Shown: positions 20,401 to 29,987 of the stretch, piece after piece | Position numbering within the stretch: position 1 is the stretch's first letter | Layout of the letters: each line of letters starts with the position of its first letter | Source of the DNA: a bacterium | Lineage (GTDB): Bacteria > Zixibacteria > MSB-5A5 > GN15 > FEB-12 | DNA: 64,000 nt | Reading direction: 5' to 3' | NCBI GenBank assembly: GCA_043811375.1 | Contig: JBDRNJ010000039.1 | Location: 64,001-128,000 of the forward strand | Made by a program: the position numbers and the translations under genes | The notes under the pieces: model-generated | Databases searched by the model: none | Told to the model about the DNA's origin: nothing | Seen by the model: only the letters and a program-made list of their open reading frames with translations

Positions 20401-20657
20401 GTGAAGGGTTCGCCCGCGAAATCGTCAACAAGATTCAAAATATGCGCAAGAGTTCCGGTTTGGATATAACCGACTACGTTGATGTTCGTGTCAGTTCATC
20501 TGAGCGATTGAGAGAAGCGGCCGAACAGCACGACGAGTTCATTCGGCGGGAAACGCTGGCCCGCCGGATCGAGTTCACCGATGCGGAAATGGTCGGCGAC
20601 GGCAAAGAATGGAATATTAATGGTGAGAAGGCCGCCATCGCGGTGGCGAAGGCATAG
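17472..20657 (+). CDS. ileS: Isoleucyl-tRNA synthetase, type 2
   Basis: EGPPSANG-GVHH, GWDTHGLPVE, WTTTPWTLPSN, DQTRGWFY, KMSKS; IleRS2-type C-terminus (EGFAREIVNKIQNMRK). Confidence 0.96.
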   Translation: MATNFNTFKDGFSLPEAEKGILDFWETNRVYEKVQQAAKDRPHFVFYEGPPSANGEPGVHHVISRTIKDLICRYRSMRGFRVDRKAGWDTHGLPVEIAVEKELKLESKAKIYEYGISKFNRQCRKSVFKHVTDWNEITRRIGYWLDLDDAYITLTNDYIESVWWILKTFFDRGLIYSGYKTVPFCPRCGTGLSSHEVAQGYETVRDPSIFVKVRAADGDFSYLVWTTTPWTLPSNAALCMKADADYVTVEHEGEKLVLAAALVERMFGENKEVIERHKGSDFLKRRYRPLFDIFTDQADQAYYVINGDFVTLEDGTGIVHIAPGFGADDYEIGRSFGLPVFQAIEASGIFKDFAGKYAGMFIKDADPVIIADLKSDGRLFKQEIYEHSYPFCWRCESPLIYIARQSWYLKTTEFKQQLIDNSNAIKWCPDEIRTGRMQDWLENNVDWALSRERFWGTPLPIWICDEENCGQKIAVGSIEQLRREAVNPPDEIDLHKPMMDEIKLTCRCGQTMSRVPEVIDVWFDSGAMPYAQWHYPFENKEEFESKYPADFISEAVDQTRGWFYSLLAISTLLFGKPPFKNVIVMEMILDKEGKKMSKSKGNVVNPFAVIDRFGADPLRWYLVSTSQPWLPIRFDLDILAEVVRKYFDTLRNTYSFFAIYANVDHVAESAQAADQSIEEYLQSKADRPERFDLWIESRYQSLVKKVTHGFDNYEITRPVRSIQTFVIDDLSNWYVRNNRRRFWAGGDDPSKMRAYLTLYRLLTGICRLTAPVTPLFSELLFRELTMADGYPDNALTSVHAAAYPQTDESGIDSQLEESMQLVQKIVSLGRAVRSRKNLKVRQPLSRILIALPSHTDQKGLEGYLDIVREELNIKEIVFSTEAEQCVNLAARLNFKTAGPKLGADVKKVAAQLSRLDSETVQQVAASGQLSLDVDGRQINLAGEDVQIIRKDKPGYAVESDGSVTVALVTVLTEELIGEGFAREIVNKIQNMRKSSGLDITDYVDVRVSSSERLREAAEQHDEFIRRETLARRIEFTDAEMVGDGKEWNINGEKAAIAVAKA

Positions 20658-20671
20658 GATGGGAGGTAGCC

Positions 20672-21055
20672 ATGCGCAAGACCGATCTGAAGAAATATGA
20701 AAAACTGCTGCTGGAGAAAAAAAAGTCCCTCCTGGAACAGATTGCGTCAACCATGAAAGATCGGGTTTCGACAACTATCCGTGAATCAACCGGTGACATT
20801 TCATCCTATTCCTACCACATGGCCGATCAGGGCACCGATGCTATGGAACGGGAACTGGCTTTCATGTTTGCTTCCAAATCGGGCCGTCTCGTCTATCACA
20901 TCGATCAGGCGCTGAAGCGTATAAAGGACGGTAGCTACGGTAAGTGCGTCAAATGCGGCAAACCGATCAGTTCCGCCAGGTTGACAGCCGTCCCTCACGC
21001 CCGGATGTGCATCGAGTGCAAATCAGCCGAAGAGGGTTCTAAAGCTGGTAGTTAG
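20672..21055 (+). CDS. DksA/TraR C4 zinc-finger protein
   Basis: Coiled coil with HMADQGTD; YGKCVKCGKPI...RLTAVPHARMCIEC. Confidence 0.9.
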   Translation: MRKTDLKKYEKLLLEKKKSLLEQIASTMKDRVSTTIRESTGDISSYSYHMADQGTDAMERELAFMFASKSGRLVYHIDQALKRIKDGSYGKCVKCGKPISSARLTAVPHARMCIECKSAEEGSKAGS

Positions 21056-21626
21056 CAATCGCACAAGCCTGCTGACCCCCGCAGCGATCATCCTGGCCAC
21101 CGTAGCCGTCGATCAGATTTCCAAAATCTGGGCAGTTAACCTGTTGGCGGAACAACCCACGCGGGAAGCGCTGGGTCGGTTTTTGATGTTCACCCTTGTT
21201 TATAACGAAGGCGGCGCCCTGGGAACCAGCTTCGGCTCCTCAACCTACTATCTCGTATCATCATTGATTATATTATCCTTTGTCCTCTACTACCTGTTTG
21301 TCAATCGTTATTCGGCTCGGATCGCCTGGCCGCTGTCCTTTACGGCGGCGGGGGCAATCGGCAATATCATTGATCGCATCAGGCTGGGTAAGGTGATTGA
21401 CTTTATCGATGTTGATATTTTCGATATAAACCTGGCCGGCTTTCACCTTGATCGCTGGTGGACTTTCAATGTCGCCGATGCTGCTATAAGCTGCTCAATC
21501 GTGTTTTTGCTGTACACATTAATGTTTTCGCGTCACCGACAGGCGCCGGTATCAGCAATGGCTATCGATGAAATCGACTCGCAGCGAGCCAAAGAATCGG
21601 GCGGCCCCCCTCCCGACCACAGTTAA
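21045..21626 (+). CDS. lspA: Lipoprotein signal peptidase II (probable CTG start at 21045)
   Basis: DQISK, NEGGALG, GAIGNIIDR, VIDFID, FNVADAAI; the conserved TM1 and DQxSK lie upstream of the ORF-track start at 21144. Confidence 0.9.
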   Translation: MVVSNRTSLLTPAAIILATVAVDQISKIWAVNLLAEQPTREALGRFLMFTLVYNEGGALGTSFGSSTYYLVSSLIILSFVLYYLFVNRYSARIAWPLSFTAAGAIGNIIDRIRLGKVIDFIDVDIFDINLAGFHLDRWWTFNVADAAISCSIVFLLYTLMFSRHRQAPVSAMAIDEIDSQRAKESGGPPPDHS

Positions 21627-21892
21627 ATTCTTGCGATCCAACAACATCCCAACTCGCCCGGTTGCAGGGGGCACCCTGGGGCAAAGTACAACCAGCCCGG
21701 CTCACGATCTTTGGCAGCGACAGCCTGAGACTGAAGATAGGTAATACTTTCGGGAATCTTGCTTATTCGCCAAAGACGAGGCGAACTGTCGAGAGTGATC
21801 GGGTGCATCTGTAATGTGCTCATACATAAGGTGATAGAAAGCCCCCCGGATTATTATAAGCCGGATGACGGGCGGGAGGTAAAAGGGTGAGA

Positions 21893-21952
21893 TAATGAAT
21901 TTTTTCACAACTTTTCCTTGACGGAAAGCCCTCTATTCACTATAGAGGGCTT
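21893..21952 (+). promoter_or_regulatory. dsr operon sigma70 promoter with Rex-like box and overlapping inverted repeat
   Basis: TAATGAATTTTTTCACAA 21893-21910; TTGACG 21918-21923, 17 nt, TATAGA 21941-21946; AAGCCCTCTAT-tcact-ATAGAGGGCTT 21926-21952. Confidence 0.7.
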
Positions 21953-22073
21953 CTGTGAAATGAATGACCTGTTGAGATTTATGGAGACTATTGTAGCTAC
22001 TACGTTAGCCGTAAGCTAAATAATGAATCTGAAGGCAAGAATCAACACAATATATACTACCTGAGGAGACACA

Positions 22074-23285
22074 ATGGCAGATCTTCCTAAGACCCCCATG
22101 TTGGATGAACTGGAGAAGGGTGCCTGGCCCAGCTTTGTTAAAGAGATAAAGATGGCTGCGAAAAGGAGCCCGATGTCCAGGGATCTTCTTGGTCAGTTGG
22201 AACAATCCTATAACGAGAAAATCGGCCACTGGAAACACGGTGGCATCGTCGGTGTTATGGGCTACGGTGGCGGTGTCATCGGCAGATATTCGGATTTGCC
22301 CGACAAATGGCCGGGTGTTTCCCATTTTCACACTATGCGCATTAACCAACCGGCAGGGTGGTTCTATAAGACTGATGCATTACGCGGTATCTGTGATATC
22401 TGGGAGAAGCACGGTTCGGGCATGACCAACATGCACGGATCAACTGGTGATATTATCCTGCTCGGTACCAACACTGATGCACTTGAGCCGATTTTCTCCG
22501 ACCTGGCCAAAATAGACTTCGATATTGGTGGATCAGGCTCAGATGTTAGAACACCAAGCTGTTGTGTCGGACCGGCTCGATGCGAGTGGGCTTGCTATGA
22601 CACCCTGGCGCTCACGCACGATCTCACAATGCATTTCCAGGATGAGATCCACCGTCCCGCTTTCCCATATAAGTTCAAATTCAAGATGTCCGGCTGCCCC
22701 AACGATTGTGTGGCCTCAATTGCCAGGGCCGACATGTCCATCATCGGTATGTGGCGGGACGCCATTCAGGTGGATAAAGACGCAGTCGCCGAGTATGCCG
22801 ACAAGGGTATGGATATCAGGTCTGACGTGCTTGATAACTGCCCGGCCAAGTGCATGGAGTTCGACGGTAAGGAACTGCATATCGACGACAGTTACTGCCG
22901 CAAGTGCATGCACTGCATTAATGTCATGCCCAAAGCCCTTAGGCCCGGCAAGGACCGCGGCGCCACCATCCTCATTGGCTCCAAGGCACCCATCGTTGAG
23001 GGCGCCCTGCTCTCATCGGTGCTTTTCCCGTTCATCAAGATCGAAGCTCCGTATGACAAGATAAAGGATACGGTTGAAAAAATCTGGGATGTCTGGGGTG
23101 AGGAAGGCAAGAACCGCGAGCGTGTCGGCGAGTTTATACAGCGCGTCGGCATGGGCAATTTCCTGGAAGCCATCGAGGTAGAACCGGTAGCTGAAATGGT
23201 GGCGGCTCCTCGTGATAACCCGTACATCTTCTACGAAGAATACTTTGAAGAAGATGAGGGTGAAGAAGAAGAAAACGAAGGCTGA
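22074..23285 (+). CDS. dsrA: Dissimilatory sulfite reductase alpha subunit
   Basis: [35 protein letters not shown], siroheme motif C-X5-C...GCPNDC, RERVGE. Confidence 0.98.
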   Translation: MADLPKTPMLDELEKGAWPSFVKEIKMAAKRSPMSRDLLGQLEQSYNEKIGHWKHGGIVGVMGYGGGVIGRYSDLPDKWPGVSHFHTMRINQPAGWFYKTDALRGICDIWEKHGSGMTNMHGSTGDIILLGTNTDALEPIFSDLAKIDFDIGGSGSDVRTPSCCVGPARCEWACYDTLALTHDLTMHFQDEIHRPAFPYKFKFKMSGCPNDCVASIARADMSIIGMWRDAIQVDKDAVAEYADKGMDIRSDVLDNCPAKCMEFDGKELHIDDSYCRKCMHCINVMPKALRPGKDRGATILIGSKAPIVEGALLSSVLFPFIKIEAPYDKIKDTVEKIWDVWGEEGKNRERVGEFIQRVGMGNFLEAIEVEPVAEMVAAPRDNPYIFYEEYFEEDEGEEEENEG

Positions 23286-23329
23286 TATCAGCCAACAGAA
23301 CATGATATATCAGGATAGAGGTATCAGAT

Positions 23330-24412
23330 ATGACTGAAGCAACACAAGAGAGAAGAACTGATTACGGTCCGCCTCATTACGAGCGATTCTTACCGCCCGT
23401 GGTCAAGGCGAACTACGGCAAATGGAAGTATCACGAGATTCTGAAGCCCGGCGTGATGGTTCATGTTGGAGAATCGGGGGATAAGCTCTACACCGTCAGA
23501 GCCGCGTCGGGAAGGCTGTTGAGTATCGATAAAATCCGCATGTATTGCGATCTGGCGGATAAGTACTGCGACGGCTACATCCGTTTCACCAGCCGTCACA
23601 GCGTTGAGTTCATGACCACCAAAAAGGAAAACATAGATCCGTTAATCAGCGACCTTAAGAAGCTCGGCCATCCTGTGGGCGGTATCGGGAACGCTATCAC
23701 CAGTATTGTTCATACTCAAGGCTGGGTTCACTGTCACTCGGCCGCAACCGATGCATCCGGTATCGTCAAGGCTGTGATGGACGACCTGATTGAGTATTTC
23801 GAGGAGAGGAAGCTGCCGGGTAAGCTGCGTATCGCCCTGGCCTGCTGCCTGAACATGTGCGGCGCGGTACACTGCTCCGACATCGCCATTCTGGGTATCC
23901 ACCGCCGCCCGCCGCGTGCGAACCATGCATTGCTGAAGAAGCAGTGCGAAATTCCCAGCGTAGTGGCATCATGTCCTACGGCGGCTATCCGTCCGGCCAC
24001 GGTCGACGGCAAACCGTCCGTGGAAATCATGGAAGAACGGTGCATGTTCTGTGCCAACTGCTTCACTGTCTGTCCGTCGCTGCCGATGAACGACCCGCTC
24101 AACGACGGCATATCCATCTGGGTTGGTGGTAAGGTGTCCAATGCTCGCACCGAGCCGATGTTCTCGAAACTGGCAATACCGTTCATCCCCAATAATCCTC
24201 CGCGCTGGCCTGAAGTGGTCACGGCTATCAGAGGTCTGGTTGAGTTGTGGGCCAAGAACGCCCGCAAATACGAGCGCATGGGCGAATGGATCAACCGTAT
24301 CGGCTGGCCGCGATTCTTCAAGATGTCCGGTATCGAATTTGAAAAACAACACATAGATGACTTTAAACATGCCGGCCTGACATACAAACGGTCGACTCAC
24401 TTGACGTTTTAA
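23330..24412 (+). CDS. dsrB: Dissimilatory sulfite reductase beta subunit
   Basis: [52 protein letters not shown]. Confidence 0.98.
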   Translation: MTEATQERRTDYGPPHYERFLPPVVKANYGKWKYHEILKPGVMVHVGESGDKLYTVRAASGRLLSIDKIRMYCDLADKYCDGYIRFTSRHSVEFMTTKKENIDPLISDLKKLGHPVGGIGNAITSIVHTQGWVHCHSAATDASGIVKAVMDDLIEYFEERKLPGKLRIALACCLNMCGAVHCSDIAILGIHRRPPRANHALLKKQCEIPSVVASCPTAAIRPATVDGKPSVEIMEERCMFCANCFTVCPSLPMNDPLNDGISIWVGGKVSNARTEPMFSKLAIPFIPNNPPRWPEVVTAIRGLVELWAKNARKYERMGEWINRIGWPRFFKMSGIEFEKQHIDDFKHAGLTYKRSTHLTF

Positions 24413-24423
24413 GAGGTATTCAC

Positions 24424-24669
24424 GTGGCCAAGACGGTCGATGAAATTGCGGATGCCATGTTCAACCTGGTGAAGGACGCTCAGGGCCTGAGAAAACTGAA
24501 GGCTATGGATCTGATCAAGTCGATGAGGGAGTTCTTCGGCGATGAGGCTGACAAAAAGCTTTGCAAAGAGGCTATCAAGTCGCTCATCAACTCCGGCAGG
24601 TGTGTCTACACCTACTTCGGAGGCAGTTACATAGAGCTTCCACATAGGGAAGGCGCCGCGAACGACTGA
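24424..24669 (+). CDS. dsrD: DsrD (DsrAB activator, marker of the reductive type)
   Basis: 81 aa directly after dsrB; KEAIKSLINSGRCVYTYFGGSYIELP resembles the DsrD winged-helix C-terminus. Confidence 0.85.
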   Translation: MAKTVDEIADAMFNLVKDAQGLRKLKAMDLIKSMREFFGDEADKKLCKEAIKSLINSGRCVYTYFGGSYIELPHREGAAND

Positions 24670-24696
24670 GCTCCAGGCGCCCGGGGTTGGACATTA

Positions 24697-26202
24697 ATGA
24701 GAGTAAGCATTCCGAGGCTGGTAATAGCCGGCCTGTCGGGCGATTCCGGCAAAACGCTGGTCAGCCTGTCCCTTCTGGCAGCACTGCGACGGAAGGGAAC
24801 GGCTCTCTCTGTCTTTAAGAAAGGTCCCGATTACATTGATGCCGCCTGGCTGACTCGCACCGCCGGGTCGACTTGCCGCAATCTCGATACTTACCTGGTT
24901 GACACCGAAGGCGTCTGCCGGACATTTACCCGTTATGCCGCTGAAAGTGAATTGGCGGTCATCGAGGGTAACCGGGGACTGTTCGATGGTAGAGATGCAG
25001 AAGGGACACACAGTACCGCCGAGTTGGCCCGGCTGCTTCAGGCGCCGGTGGTGCTGGTAGTCAACTGCACCAAGGCCACCCGAACCGTAGCCGCTATCGT
25101 TAATGGTTGCCGCTCTTTCGATCCTCAGCTTAATCTGGCCGGAGTTATTCTAAACCAGGTCGCCGGTGAGCGACACGGTCGTGTCATAAGTGATGCCATC
25201 GAACGCTACTGCCGACTGCCGGTGCTGGGTCATGTGCCCCGCTTGCGGGATGAAGCAGCCCTCATTCCGGGACGTCATCTCGGCCTGGTGCCACCGGCGG
25301 AACACCGCAGTGATGCCGCTTTTGACGAACGGCTGGCTGGCGTGGCCACTACTCACCTTAATCTGGACCAACTGATCAGAATCGCGACTGAAGCGCCGCC
25401 ACTGGAAATACCGGAGGCTGAACCCGTGGACACAATGGCGCCGTCAGTCCGGATCGGGTATTTCGACGACCCGGTGTTCACTTTCTATTATCCGGAGAAT
25501 CTTGAAGCGCTGCAGGCTCATGGCGCCGAGTTGGTGCCGATTAATTCGCTCACGGCGCGGGAACTGCCGGAAGTGGATGCGCTCTATATCGGTGGCGGTT
25601 TTCCGGAAACACATGCCGCCCAATTGGCCGGCAATAGAGCATTGCTGGAAGCTGTGCGGCGACAAGCCGAGAACGGGTTGCCGGTGTATGCCGAATGCGG
25701 CGGGCTGATATTCCTGTCGCGAAGACTGATTGTGGGCGACAGTGTCTACCCGATGGCCGGTTTGTTGGAAATTGATCTGGGTTGGCAATCACAACCGGTC
25801 GGTCACGGTTATACCGAGTTGCATGTGGATCAACCCAACCCTTTCTTTGTAGCCGGCACCACTTTTCGCGGTCATGAGTTCCACTATACCGGGGTCCGGC
25901 GCGGTTCGAAGAACACGACCACTTGCCTGGAAGTCAAGACCGGAGTCGGGCTGGGCCGGGGCCGTGACGGACTGGTGTACAAGCAGGTCCTGGCCGCCTA
26001 CACGCATCTGCACGCGGACGGCGTGCCCACCTGGGGTGCGGCCCTGACGGCACGTGCTCGTGAGTATCGGCGCAGCTGCAGTGATCCCGGCGACGCCACG
26101 ATCGACCAGAGTGGAGGGGTGGCAGGCGAACGTTTCGATGGTAATACGACACACAATTTAATTACGGTAAAACAACAGCCGGTAAGCTCCGCAGGTGGAT
26201 AA
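24697..26202 (+). CDS. dsrN: Siroheme amidase DsrN (CbiA/CobB family)
   Basis: GDSGKT, FKKGPDYID, EGNRGLFDG, RHLGL, FTFYYPEN, YAECGG, GHEFHY; located inside the dsr operon. Confidence 0.9.
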   Translation: MRVSIPRLVIAGLSGDSGKTLVSLSLLAALRRKGTALSVFKKGPDYIDAAWLTRTAGSTCRNLDTYLVDTEGVCRTFTRYAAESELAVIEGNRGLFDGRDAEGTHSTAELARLLQAPVVLVVNCTKATRTVAAIVNGCRSFDPQLNLAGVILNQVAGERHGRVISDAIERYCRLPVLGHVPRLRDEAALIPGRHLGLVPPAEHRSDAAFDERLAGVATTHLNLDQLIRIATEAPPLEIPEAEPVDTMAPSVRIGYFDDPVFTFYYPENLEALQAHGAELVPINSLTARELPEVDALYIGGGFPETHAAQLAGNRALLEAVRRQAENGLPVYAECGGLIFLSRRLIVGDSVYPMAGLLEIDLGWQSQPVGHGYTELHVDQPNPFFVAGTTFRGHEFHYTGVRRGSKNTTTCLEVKTGVGLGRGRDGLVYKQVLAAYTHLHADGVPTWGAALTARAREYRRSCSDPGDATIDQSGGVAGERFDGNTTHNLITVKQQPVSSAGG

Positions 26203-26238
26203 ATCCGGCGTATTTTCATTCTTGAGAAGAGTATCATC

Positions 26239-27921
26239 ATGGCCAAGGTAGTTAAGAAGAAAAAGAAAAAGCTGGGAGGGCTGTCCCGCGGCACCGGAAC
26301 TTCAGGAGTGGAGATGTCGTCGTTGCGGCCGCAACTGATTGAAAAAAAGCCGCCCTGCGGACACACCTGCCCTAATCACAACAAAATTCGGAAAGCCCTG
26401 ATGACGATCTCCAGGGCCGAGGATTTCGAGAAGACATACGAACAAGCCCTGGAAGAAGCCTGGCAGATCTGGATGGAGACCAGCCCCTTTCCGTCAGTAT
26501 GCGGCCGGGTTTGTCCACATCCGTGTGAAACCGAGTGCAACCGCAACGCCCTGGAGGGAACCGTCGGTATCAATGCCTTTGAACGTTATCTTGGCGATTT
26601 CGCTTTAGAAAAGAAACTGGTTCCCGCCAAACTCACCGAAGAAAAGCGGTCGGAGAAAATTGCGGTGGTCGGTTCCGGCCCGGCTGGTCTTACCTGTGCC
26701 TATCATCTGGCGCGGCGTGGCTACCCGGTTACTGTTTTTGAAGCCTTTCCCAAGCCGGGCGGTATGTTGCGTTACGGTATCCCGGATTATCGCCTCCCTC
26801 TCGACATTCTTGATGCCGAGATCAACCGGATAGTCGATATGGGTGTGGAATTGAAATGTGGCGTAAAAATCGGTAAGGATGTGACGCTGGACCAGTTGCG
26901 CAGTGAGTATAAGGCGGTATTTGTCGGTCTGGGTGCACATTCCGGTCTTATGCTGCGGGCTGAGGGAGAAGACGCTGAAAACGTCTTTACCGGAACCGAT
27001 TTCCTGCACCGAGCGAACGATGGCGAGTCAATTGATGTCGGCAATAAAGTTGTGGTCATCGGTGGTGGCGATACAGCTGTTGATGCTGCTCGTGTCTCCC
27101 GTCGGCTGGGAGCCGATGTGACCATTCTGTACCGGCGTACCCGTAAGGAGATGCCGGCGATTGAAGCCGAGATTGAAGGCGCCCTTGAAGAAGGCGTCAA
27201 GATCGAATATCTGGCGGCCCCGACTAAAATCCATAATGAGAACGGCAGGGCCACCGGCATGGTCTGCCAGCGCATGGAACTGGGCGAGCCGGACGCCTCC
27301 GGAAGGCGCCGGCCGGTTCCGATCGAAGGCGACACGTTTGATCTTGAATGCAGCACCCTGATTGCCGCCATCAGTCAGGCGCCGGACTTCACCGGCTTTG
27401 ACATCCTCATCGAGGGCAGGGACTGGATCAAGATCGATGACAACAGCCGGACCAAGGAAGACGGCATTTACTCCGGCGGCGATAACGTTAACCTGGGTAT
27501 TGCCATCACGGCCGTTTACCACGGTCGGCGGGCGGCTGAAGCGATCCACGAAACAATCTCCGGCGAGAAATTGCCTGAAGAACCGACGATGGCAGTTATC
27601 AAGACGGACAAGATGTACCTGGCCTACTATGAGGCCAAACAACCGACCCCGGTCAAAGAGATGCCGGTGGCTGATCGACTTAAATCGCTGAGTGCCGAGA
27701 TCGTTACTACCTGGTCTCAGGAGGAAACGATCGGCGAGGCCAAGCGGTGTCTGAGTTGCGGTGAATGCTTCGACTGCGGCACCTGCTGGAGCCTGTGCAC
27801 CGACAATGCCATCATCAAGCCGTTGATCAAGGGTCAGCCGTACAAGGTGAAGATGGAGTTCTGCAACGGCTGCAAGAAATGCGCTGAGAACTGCCCCTGC
27901 GGATACATTGAAATGCACTGA
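26239..27921 (+). CDS. dsrL: DsrL, NAD(P)H:acceptor oxidoreductase (DsrL-2 type)
   Basis: GltD-like core (CGRVCPHPCETECNR, GSGPAG, GGGDTAVD, YRR), C-terminal RCLSCGECFDCGTC and CNGCKKCAENCPCGYIEM; between dsrN and dsrC. Confidence 0.9.
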   Translation: MAKVVKKKKKKLGGLSRGTGTSGVEMSSLRPQLIEKKPPCGHTCPNHNKIRKALMTISRAEDFEKTYEQALEEAWQIWMETSPFPSVCGRVCPHPCETECNRNALEGTVGINAFERYLGDFALEKKLVPAKLTEEKRSEKIAVVGSGPAGLTCAYHLARRGYPVTVFEAFPKPGGMLRYGIPDYRLPLDILDAEINRIVDMGVELKCGVKIGKDVTLDQLRSEYKAVFVGLGAHSGLMLRAEGEDAENVFTGTDFLHRANDGESIDVGNKVVVIGGGDTAVDAARVSRRLGADVTILYRRTRKEMPAIEAEIEGALEEGVKIEYLAAPTKIHNENGRATGMVCQRMELGEPDASGRRRPVPIEGDTFDLECSTLIAAISQAPDFTGFDILIEGRDWIKIDDNSRTKEDGIYSGGDNVNLGIAITAVYHGRRAAEAIHETISGEKLPEEPTMAVIKTDKMYLAYYEAKQPTPVKEMPVADRLKSLSAEIVTTWSQEETIGEAKRCLSCGECFDCGTCWSLCTDNAIIKPLIKGQPYKVKMEFCNGCKKCAENCPCGYIEMH

Positions 27922-27986
27922 TGAAGTTGATATGCAAAAAAGAACGTTAACTGTACAATACTACTATCTAAAATGGAGAGTTTGTC

Positions 27987-28304
27987 ATGCCAATTTTTGA
28001 ACTCGGTGAGGTCAAGATCGAAGTCGACGAAGACGGCTTTATGGATGACCCGGAACTCTGGAACGATGAAATTGCCAAGGCGTTGGCCACAACCGAAGGT
28101 GTGAACGATTTGACTGAAGAGCACTGGAAACTGGTTCGCTACCTGCGGGAATACTACCTGAAATTCGGCATTGCTCCGATGATCCGCAAGCTGTGCAAGG
28201 AGACCGGTTTCCCCCTCAAGAAGGTCTACGAACTGTTCCCTTCCGGTCCCGCCAAGGGTGCCTGCAAGGTGGCCGGACTGGCCAAACCGACGGGGTGCGT
28301 CTGA
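27987..28304 (+). CDS. dsrC: DsrC sulfur-carrier protein
   Basis: VDEDGF; C-terminal LFPSGPAKGACKVAGLAKPTGCV has both conserved cysteines. Confidence 0.96.
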   Translation: MPIFELGEVKIEVDEDGFMDDPELWNDEIAKALATTEGVNDLTEEHWKLVRYLREYYLKFGIAPMIRKLCKETGFPLKKVYELFPSGPAKGACKVAGLAKPTGCV

Positions 28305-28405
28305 TCGATTTTGCGGCTTAGGCGGGGTCTGGCGGTGCCGACAAACCTCCACACCTCGCCGCTGCTGATCTGATGGATGCCGTTTCCAGCGGCAGAAGTA
28401 CGGAT

Positions 28406-28996
28406 ATGACCCTCAACAGCCTCCTGACGCAAAGCAAAGCAGCCGTATTGCAAAGGTGGCGGGACCTGATCGTTCAGACGTATCCTGACGAAGTATCCAG
28501 GTTTCTCCAGCGGGAAACGGATCGCTTTGCCAATCCGGTGGGGGATACTATCTTCCGCGGGACAGAAAGTATCTTCGACCTGTTGCTGAACGCGCAGGCG
28601 ACACCGGAGGACATGACCGAGGCTGTCGACGGTATTGTTAGAATCAGATCAGTTCAGGAGTTCAACGCCTCCCAGGCAGTAGTCTTTGTCTTTCTGCTCA
28701 AAAAGGCTATTCGTGAACAGTTGGGTGAGAAGGTCCAAGGCAACGGCGTTACCGACGAGTTACTCGACCTGGAATCGAGAATCGATCAGATTGCGCTGGC
28801 GGCTTTCGACTGCTGGGCCGGATGCCGGGAGCAGATTAACGACATCCGGGTGAATGAGATAAGAAACGGCGTGTTCAAGCTGCGCGAACGGATAAACCTC
28901 CCCCGGGATCACCCACCGAACTGCGGTGAATGTTCCTCAACGGCGGACACGGATGGCCCGGGTGGTAACATGAAGGAAGGTAGATCGGGAAGATGA
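28406..28996 (+). CDS. dsrT: DsrT (RsbRD N-terminal-like)
   Basis: DRFANPVG, IVRIRSVQEF..SQAVVFVFLLK; overlaps the dsrM start. Confidence 0.88.
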   Translation: MTLNSLLTQSKAAVLQRWRDLIVQTYPDEVSRFLQRETDRFANPVGDTIFRGTESIFDLLLNAQATPEDMTEAVDGIVRIRSVQEFNASQAVVFVFLLKKAIREQLGEKVQGNGVTDELLDLESRIDQIALAAFDCWAGCREQINDIRVNEIRNGVFKLRERINLPRDHPPNCGECSSTADTDGPGGNMKEGRSGR

Positions 28997-29985
28997 ACTT
29001 ATTCTTTTCCCTGATAGCGGTGACGGTACTTATCCTCCTGGCCTGGCTGGGATCGCAGTCAACTTCAATGGAGTTATTATTAGGTGCGATCGTGCCTTAT
29101 ACCGCCCTGGTTGTCTTCACACTGGGCATCATCTGGCGTGTGGTGCGGTGGGCCAGATCGCCGGTGCCATTCAGGATCACCACCACCTGCGGACAGCAGA
29201 AGACGCTGCCCTGGATCAAGTCCAGTCGGCTGGAATGCCCGCACAGTGTCTGGGGTGTCATCGGGCGCATGGCGCTGGAAGTGCTGTTTTTCCGTTCGCT
29301 TCTGCGCAACACCAAACTGCAGTTGCGCGATGGTCCCCGACTGTCCTACGGCACCAACCTGTATCTCTGGCTCGGCGGGTTGGCGTTTCACTGGTCGTTT
29401 TTAATTATCCTCGTCAGGCACACCCGGTTCTTTGTCGAGCCGGTACCGACATGGGTGCTGGGACTGCAAAATCTGGATGGCTTTTTCCAGGTCGGCTTGC
29501 CGGTTATCTACATCTCCGGCCTGCTCCTGGTGGCGGCCCTGACCTACCTGTTCTTCCGCAGAGTTGTGACTCCGCAGATGCGCTACATCTCACTGGCCGG
29601 GGACTACTTTCCACTACTTTTGCTTTTGGGCGTGGCTGTTTCCGGTGTCCTGATGCGCTATTTCTACAAGGTCGATATCGTGGCCGTCAAGGAACTGGCC
29701 CTGGGACTGTGGAACTTTGAGCCCATTATCCCGGTCGGAATCGGTGCCATCTTCTATGTCCATCTTTTCCTGGTCTGTATGCTGCTGATTTATTTCCCCT
29801 TCAGCAAGCTGGTGCACATGGCGGGTATATTTCTCAGCCCCACCCGGAACCTGGCCAACAACAACCGCATGCGTCGCCATATCAATCCCTGGAACTACCC
29901 GGTTAAGGTTCATACCTACGAAGAGTGGGAAGACGAGTTCCGGGATGTTATGAAGGCGGCTGATATGCCGTTGGAGAAGGAGTGA
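28993..29985 (+). CDS. dsrM: DsrM membrane cytochrome b (NarI-like)
   Basis: SPVPFRITTTCGQQKTLPWI, FHWSF, YFPFSKLVHM, PTRNLANN. Confidence 0.95.
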   Translation: MNLFFSLIAVTVLILLAWLGSQSTSMELLLGAIVPYTALVVFTLGIIWRVVRWARSPVPFRITTTCGQQKTLPWIKSSRLECPHSVWGVIGRMALEVLFFRSLLRNTKLQLRDGPRLSYGTNLYLWLGGLAFHWSFLIILVRHTRFFVEPVPTWVLGLQNLDGFFQVGLPVIYISGLLLVAALTYLFFRRVVTPQMRYISLAGDYFPLLLLLGVAVSGVLMRYFYKVDIVAVKELALGLWNFEPIIPVGIGAIFYVHLFLVCMLLIYFPFSKLVHMAGIFLSPTRNLANNNRMRRHINPWNYPVKVHTYEEWEDEFRDVMKAADMPLEKE

Positions 29986-29987
29986 GC

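Noticed and set aside
24697..27921. cobB (cobalamin synthesis) and gltD (glutamate synthase) annotations
   Set aside because: Position inside the dsr operon and the DsrL C-terminal ferredoxin domain indicate dsrN and dsrL
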